From the IMG/VR virus record IMGVR_UViG_3300012983_000044, positions 8,249 to 72,248 of that record: 64,000 nucleotides of DNA. One strand, given 5' to 3'. Source of the stretch: a virus. Its lineage: Duplodnaviria > Caudoviricetes. Made by a program: the position numbers and the translations under genes. The notes beneath the pieces are model-generated. The model was not told the origin of the DNA, searched no databases, and worked only from the letters and a program-made list of their open reading frames with translations. Of the stretch, positions 59,747 through 64,000 are shown in pieces; position 1 is the stretch's first letter, and the number at the start of each line of letters is the position of its first letter.

Positions 59747-60525
59747 CGGCGCATTCTTCATGCAGTCCCAAGACGGGGAATGGGTAAAGGTGGGGGAGCC
59801 GCTGGAGTTCGTGGAGCCGGAGCCGGAACAGAACAGAGTGGCCTTCACCATCAAGCCCAGGGTGGTCACGGGATCATTTACGCTTAGAAGCAATACGAGG
59901 GCAAGGCTGCGCAGAAAGCTACTGGGCTTCAAGGGACATCCGAGGATCAGAAGCATGATGAAAGCGGCAAAGATTGCGGGGATAGCCAAAGTTGCTTCAA
60001 ACGCATGATAAAACACAGAAGAAAAACAGGTGACGCGGTTCAGACGATAAAGTGTAAGGGTGAAAAGTGAGGTCGTTTTCTTCTGGTAATTCATTTGCGA
60101 AAACAGGAAAGATGAGGGGGTGAGAAAAATGAGCAGAAAGTTTGAGGTCGTGCAGGGCGGCGCAGAACGTGAGGGACCTGAAAACAATGTCGTCGAGTTG
60201 ACGGATTATCAGCCTCATTTCGTGTCTGAGGTCGTCTGCCTGAGATGCCTCCGACGCTGGATTTCCGTCAGGCCCGAGGACGTAATGCTGAAAGACATCG
60301 CGTGCCCATCCTGCGGACCTGGCTTCGTGATCGAAACCGGAGAATACTTCGGGGAAGTTGAGGACGAGGATTAATCAGACTCTCCCCACATATACTATAG
60401 TTTTGTACAGTCTATATTTTGATGTATGTATGTAGTGTGTATATATTATATATTATAATATAATAGACTTTATAGAACTATGAGTATTGTACATAACTAC
60501 GCAGAAAGGTTGGTTGTAAGCTCTT

Positions 60526-61119
60526 ATGGATAATAAGCAGAAGGATGAAGAACAGAAAAATAATGTCGTGCCTATTGATGCACAAGTGAAACCGAAAAGA
60601 AAACGCGGCTCCAAATCTGCATCTATCGTGGATAACTTGACAGCCAGACCAGAGGAAATCGCAAAAGCTGTGCAAAGCGCCTATCAGTATTTTAACCGCG
60701 AAATCGTTAAGTCTGATGAGGAGTGCGCAGAACGTTTGAATGGTTACTTCCAAGATTGCCACGAACAGCAAATGATCCCGACTGTGGAACATATGTGCCT
60801 CGCGTTGGGAACTGTCAGAAGGACCGTGTGGGATTGGGAAAATGGGATTGGATGTAGTGCTGCGCGCACAAACATGATAAAAAAAGCGAAGCAAATCCTG
60901 GGCGCAATAGATGCGGATTTAGTTGCATCTGGCAAGATTCCCCAGGTTGTCTACATCTTCCGCGCCAAAAATTTCTATGGCATGAGCGATCAACAGGAAA
61001 TCGTCGTAAATACAGGGGCAAATGCAGAACAGGATATGTCCGCCGACGACATTGCAAAGCGCTATCTGGAGGATGGCAGAAAGGTCGAAACGACATTCGC
61101 AGACGACGCAGAAAGGTGA
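60526..61119 (+). CDS. terminase small subunit / DNA-packaging protein
   Basis: PTVEHMCLALG..WDWE..KKAK..IFRAKNFYGMSDQQE. Confidence 0.7.
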   Translation: MDNKQKDEEQKNNVVPIDAQVKPKRKRGSKSASIVDNLTARPEEIAKAVQSAYQYFNREIVKSDEECAERLNGYFQDCHEQQMIPTVEHMCLALGTVRRTVWDWENGIGCSAARTNMIKKAKQILGAIDADLVASGKIPQVVYIFRAKNFYGMSDQQEIVVNTGANAEQDMSADDIAKRYLEDGRKVETTFADDAER

Positions 61120-61417
61120 ATATACTACCATTTTTGCAGAAAGTCCAAAATCGCAGAAGGGCGCAGAAAGGGTAATTTTTCACCCTCAAAAGCGGCCTTG
61201 CGAAGCGCCTGATCCGGCTCGGAGCCAGCCGCGAAAAAAATTTTCGTGTTACATGGATATACACATAAGTGACATATTTGTGTAACAATTCTCCTAAGCG
61301 GTGTGGTGGATGGGTGTGGTTTGGTGGGATGGCAAAAACCTATCAAAACGATAGGTATATGCCCAGGTATCAACCTATCGTGACGGTATGATATAACGAT
61401 TACTTATAATTTTACAT

Positions 61418-61833
61418 TGGGTGCCGGGGCTGCTGGTGGCCTCCGGGCGTGGCTCCTCCTGCGGTGGTGGGGCTGGTCCTCTCCGGCTGTCTGGCGGCGC
61501 TTGGCGTGGCGCTGGGGCTGCTGATCCTCGGCGGCGTGGTGCCGTCCTCCGGCAGGGTGTTGGCGGTGGATCGTGTCGGCGGCTGGGCGTCTCTCGGGGC
61601 GTCCTGTGGGCGCTGCGACGGCCTCCGGGGCTGTGCCTTGGCTGCTGGGGCTGTCCAGCTTCGCGGGGGCTGTGCGGGGCTTGTGCGGCGTCTCCTGCGG
61701 TGGGTGGGTCCATGTGTCGCGGGGCGTCTCCTGGCGGCGCTGGGGGCCTTCTCGCGGGCGCTGGGGCTGGGCGTGGGTCTGTGGGCGTGGTGACGTTGCG
61801 GGCCTCTGCGGGGCTTCTCGGGCGTCTGAGGGC
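61418..61833. repeat. strand-asymmetric GC-rich low-complexity tract
   Basis: About 8 adenines in about 415 nt on the + strand. Confidence 0.8.
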
Positions 61834-61851
61834 AATAAAAAAGCCGGGGCG

Positions 61852-62619
61852 TTATGCTCCGGTTTCTGATCTAATTGGAAATCCTGAAAAATGCTTGTGT
61901 GCCGTCCTCCAATACTCAATTAATCTTTGCTGCTCCTCGTCGGGGATCGCTGGCAGGTTCTCGCATAGCTCCGTTATAGCTCCATGGCGATAATAACAGT
62001 TTGCTTTGTGCTCGGTCTGCGGGTCTGGCAATAGCTCCGCGCCTCCCTGGTCTATTATGTTACGGCTGTCTTGGCGGGTGGCGGTTTTGAGGGCTACGCG
62101 GGCGGGGAAATTGCATTTAATCGGGGTTGGGATGATCTCGCGGAGGGGGCTTTGTGTGCATGCTATCATGTGGATTTTGACAAAACGCGCCAAAATTCCT
62201 ATTTCTTGGAGTGGGGGCGCGGCGGTCTTTCGCTGGGTGGTCATTAGGTCCGCTAATTCATCAATACAAATATAAATATCTGATCCGTTATACGTCTTTG
62301 TGTGCTGGTGCTTTATTTCGCTTTTCCGCTGCTCTAAAAGGTTTAACACAATCCTTAGCGCCTGGATCATGTCGGTGGGGGTCTCTGCGTATAACAGGCA
62401 ATGCGGAGCGGCTTTGAAGGCTTCAAGCTCTACGCCTTTACGATCCAAAAATATAAACTGCTTTTCCGTGGGGGCGTAGTGTAAAGCGGTGCATATGATC
62501 CCATTTAACAACGTGCTTTTGCCTGCTCCGGTGGCTCCGGCTATTAATAAATGGGTCTGGTTTAGCATTTCATTGTAAAGGGTGTAAATGGGGCCTTTGG
62601 GGCGTCTGTAATAGTACAT
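61852..62619 (-). CDS. stand-alone FtsK/SpoIIIE-domain ATPase
   Basis: HLLIAGATGAGKS, IDELADLM, CTQSP, NFPARVAL. Confidence 0.85.
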   Translation of the reverse strand: MYYYRRPKGPIYTLYNEMLNQTHLLIAGATGAGKSTLLNGIICTALHYAPTEKQFIFLDRKGVELEAFKAAPHCLLYAETPTDMIQALRIVLNLLEQRKSEIKHQHTKTYNGSDIYICIDELADLMTTQRKTAAPPLQEIGILARFVKIHMIACTQSPLREIIPTPIKCNFPARVALKTATRQDSRNIIDQGGAELLPDPQTEHKANCYYRHGAITELCENLPAIPDEEQQRLIEYWRTAHKHFSGFPIRSETGA

Positions 62620-62672
62620 TGTCGGCGGTCCTCCTCTCTGAAATTACAGCCCCTTGCGGGGCTGTGGTGGGT

Positions 62673-62903
62673 TTATATTCCGTTCTTGAAATAGTCTTTC
62701 ATAATTCGCGCAACATCGTCAAGGGTATATGTTTTATTGCTCCATACGCTGACGGGGTCGGGGTTACCGTCTCGGATAATATAATATGTGTGTCCGTTGT
62801 GCTCCCTGCGTTGGATCGTGATAGCGTTAACGGGCTGGCGGCGGGGCGCTGGCGGGTCTATTCCAAAACCGGGCGCGGTGTAGCTGTAGCTGTTGCAATC
62901 CAT
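62673..62903 (-). CDS. hypothetical protein
   Basis: RBS AAGGAGG upstream; co-oriented island. Confidence 0.5.
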   Translation of the reverse strand: MDCNSYSYTAPGFGIDPPAPRRQPVNAITIQRREHNGHTYYIIRDGNPDPVSVWSNKTYTLDDVARIMKDYFKNGI

Positions 62904-62916
62904 GGGGGTTCCTCCT

Positions 62917-63283
62917 TTATGCGGTTACGATGTTGATATATTTACCATGTATCAGGGCTTTGGCTATGTCTCGGGCGCTGTGGGCGTCCTGGTGGCTGGT
63001 CGGGGTCCATTCTCCGTTAATCCTGCATAGGTGGGTGATCTGGATATGGTCTCCTCGGCTGCTCTGGTGGATCACTTGCCGGGTATATCCGGCGTTATAA
63101 AGCTGGTGGGCGTATAGCGTGCGGCCTTCGGTGATGTCGTTGTATATGCGCTCCGCTATGGCGTTGTTGTGGGCGTCTATGGCGTCCGCGCGGGCCTCGG
63201 CGGCTTCTGCGGTCTCCGGGCGGCTGTATTTGTGCCATAGGGCCATAGCGGCGCGGTAGGTGGCTTTTACCCATATGCGCATT
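62917..63283 (-). CDS. hypothetical protein
   Basis: MRIWVKATY... with RBS GGGAGG. Confidence 0.55.
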
Positions 63284-63522
63284 ATCTCGCCTCCCTTTGA
63301 CGCTGTTCGCAATAACAGCAGTTATGGGGGGCGTTCTGCTTCCAACATTCAAGCCCCGCTCCGCTGTAGATGTCGCAATAATCGCAGCCATTCCAATTCG
63401 GGCGGGCTTTGCAGATGTTTACAACGGTTTTCCGCTGGGGGTGGCTTAGATACTCCTGGCGGAGTCTCTCGGCGTTCTGGTGGTCTGTCATGTGTTCGGT
63501 GCTCCTTTCGTGGTTGTTGGGC

Positions 63523-63711
63523 TTATTCGTGCATCCCGTCAAGCTTCAAGAGACATGTTAGAATTGCGTTGTAACTGGCTACGCTGCTGCGGTGGAAAAC
63601 GTGATTAAGTTCGTTGTATTCCCTGCTGTCCTCCATGATCTCTCCGGCCTTCTCAAGTGCTGCTATCGCTTCTTTTATGGGGGCGCTGATCTTCTTCATA
63701 TATTCGGGCAT
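63523..63711 (-). CDS. hypothetical protein
   Basis: MPEYMKKIS... with RBS GAAAGGA. Confidence 0.5.
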   Translation of the reverse strand: MPEYMKKISAPIKEAIAALEKAGEIMEDSREYNELNHVFHRSSVASYNAILTCLLKLDGMHE

Positions 63712-63820
63712 TGTCTCGGTTCCTTTCCTGGTTGCGGTGCTGCTGGTGGTCTGCCTGTCGGCATTGGTACGGGCTGGCGCTTTGTCCAGCCCTAGCCAAC
63801 GTCGGCGGGGTTACTCCTCC

Positions 63821-63955
63821 TTAGATGCTCAAATCGTACTTTTTACGCTGGCGGGCGCTCATGCACTCCCATTTGGTGAGGGGGATTATATCCCATTGTT
63901 CCGTTTTAGTATTCCACACTTGGACACATACGCGGCCATCCTGAACGCAATACAT
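63821..63955 (-). CDS. small hypothetical protein (44 aa)
   Basis: MYCVQDGRVCVQVWNTKTEQWDII...; RBS GGGAGG; below the ORF-track length cut-off. Confidence 0.45.
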   Translation of the reverse strand: MYCVQDGRVCVQVWNTKTEQWDIIPLTKWECMSARQRKKYDLSI

Positions 63956-64000
63956 TTTTGCGGCCTCCCTTCATAAGTCGCGGCGTCTTGTAACGCTCAC

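Noticed and set aside
61375-61993. Several 98-190 aa ORFs on both strands
   Set aside because: Artefacts of stop-codon scarcity in the A-depleted tract; low-complexity translations
1-64000. CRISPR array
   Set aside because: No 25-45-nt direct repeats with unique spacers seen; the repeats found are DGR, iteron, att-arm or coding repeats

Overview
The whole 64-kb window is a temperate, long-tailed (siphovirus-like) phage of a Clostridia-type Firmicute, and I recognise no host genes. Gene order runs: head-tail joining and tail genes, a complete diversity-generating retroelement (DGR), lysis, an intact attP (3' part of tRNA-Ser GCT), integrase and CI/Cro switch, replication, a Cas7/RAMP-like gene preceded by a 5-nt-periodic GGY-NN tract, a tRNA/tmRNA cluster, recombination and DNA-modification genes, many small accessory ORFs, terS, and an oppositely transcribed island. 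The intact attP suggests an excised or virion genome. Terminase large subunit, portal and capsid genes are not in the window. The most notable items are: (1) the GGY-NN tract plus Cas7-like gene, a candidate RNA-guided system that seems damaged by a deletion-fusion; (2) a second, remote DGR target about 19 kb from the template, in a non-structural early gene; (3) a two-frame cytosine methyltransferase and other modification genes switched off at poly-G tracts; (4) a group I intron in recT; (5) a phage tmRNA and a UUA-anticodon tRNA. Family assignments come from motif recognition only; no searches were run.
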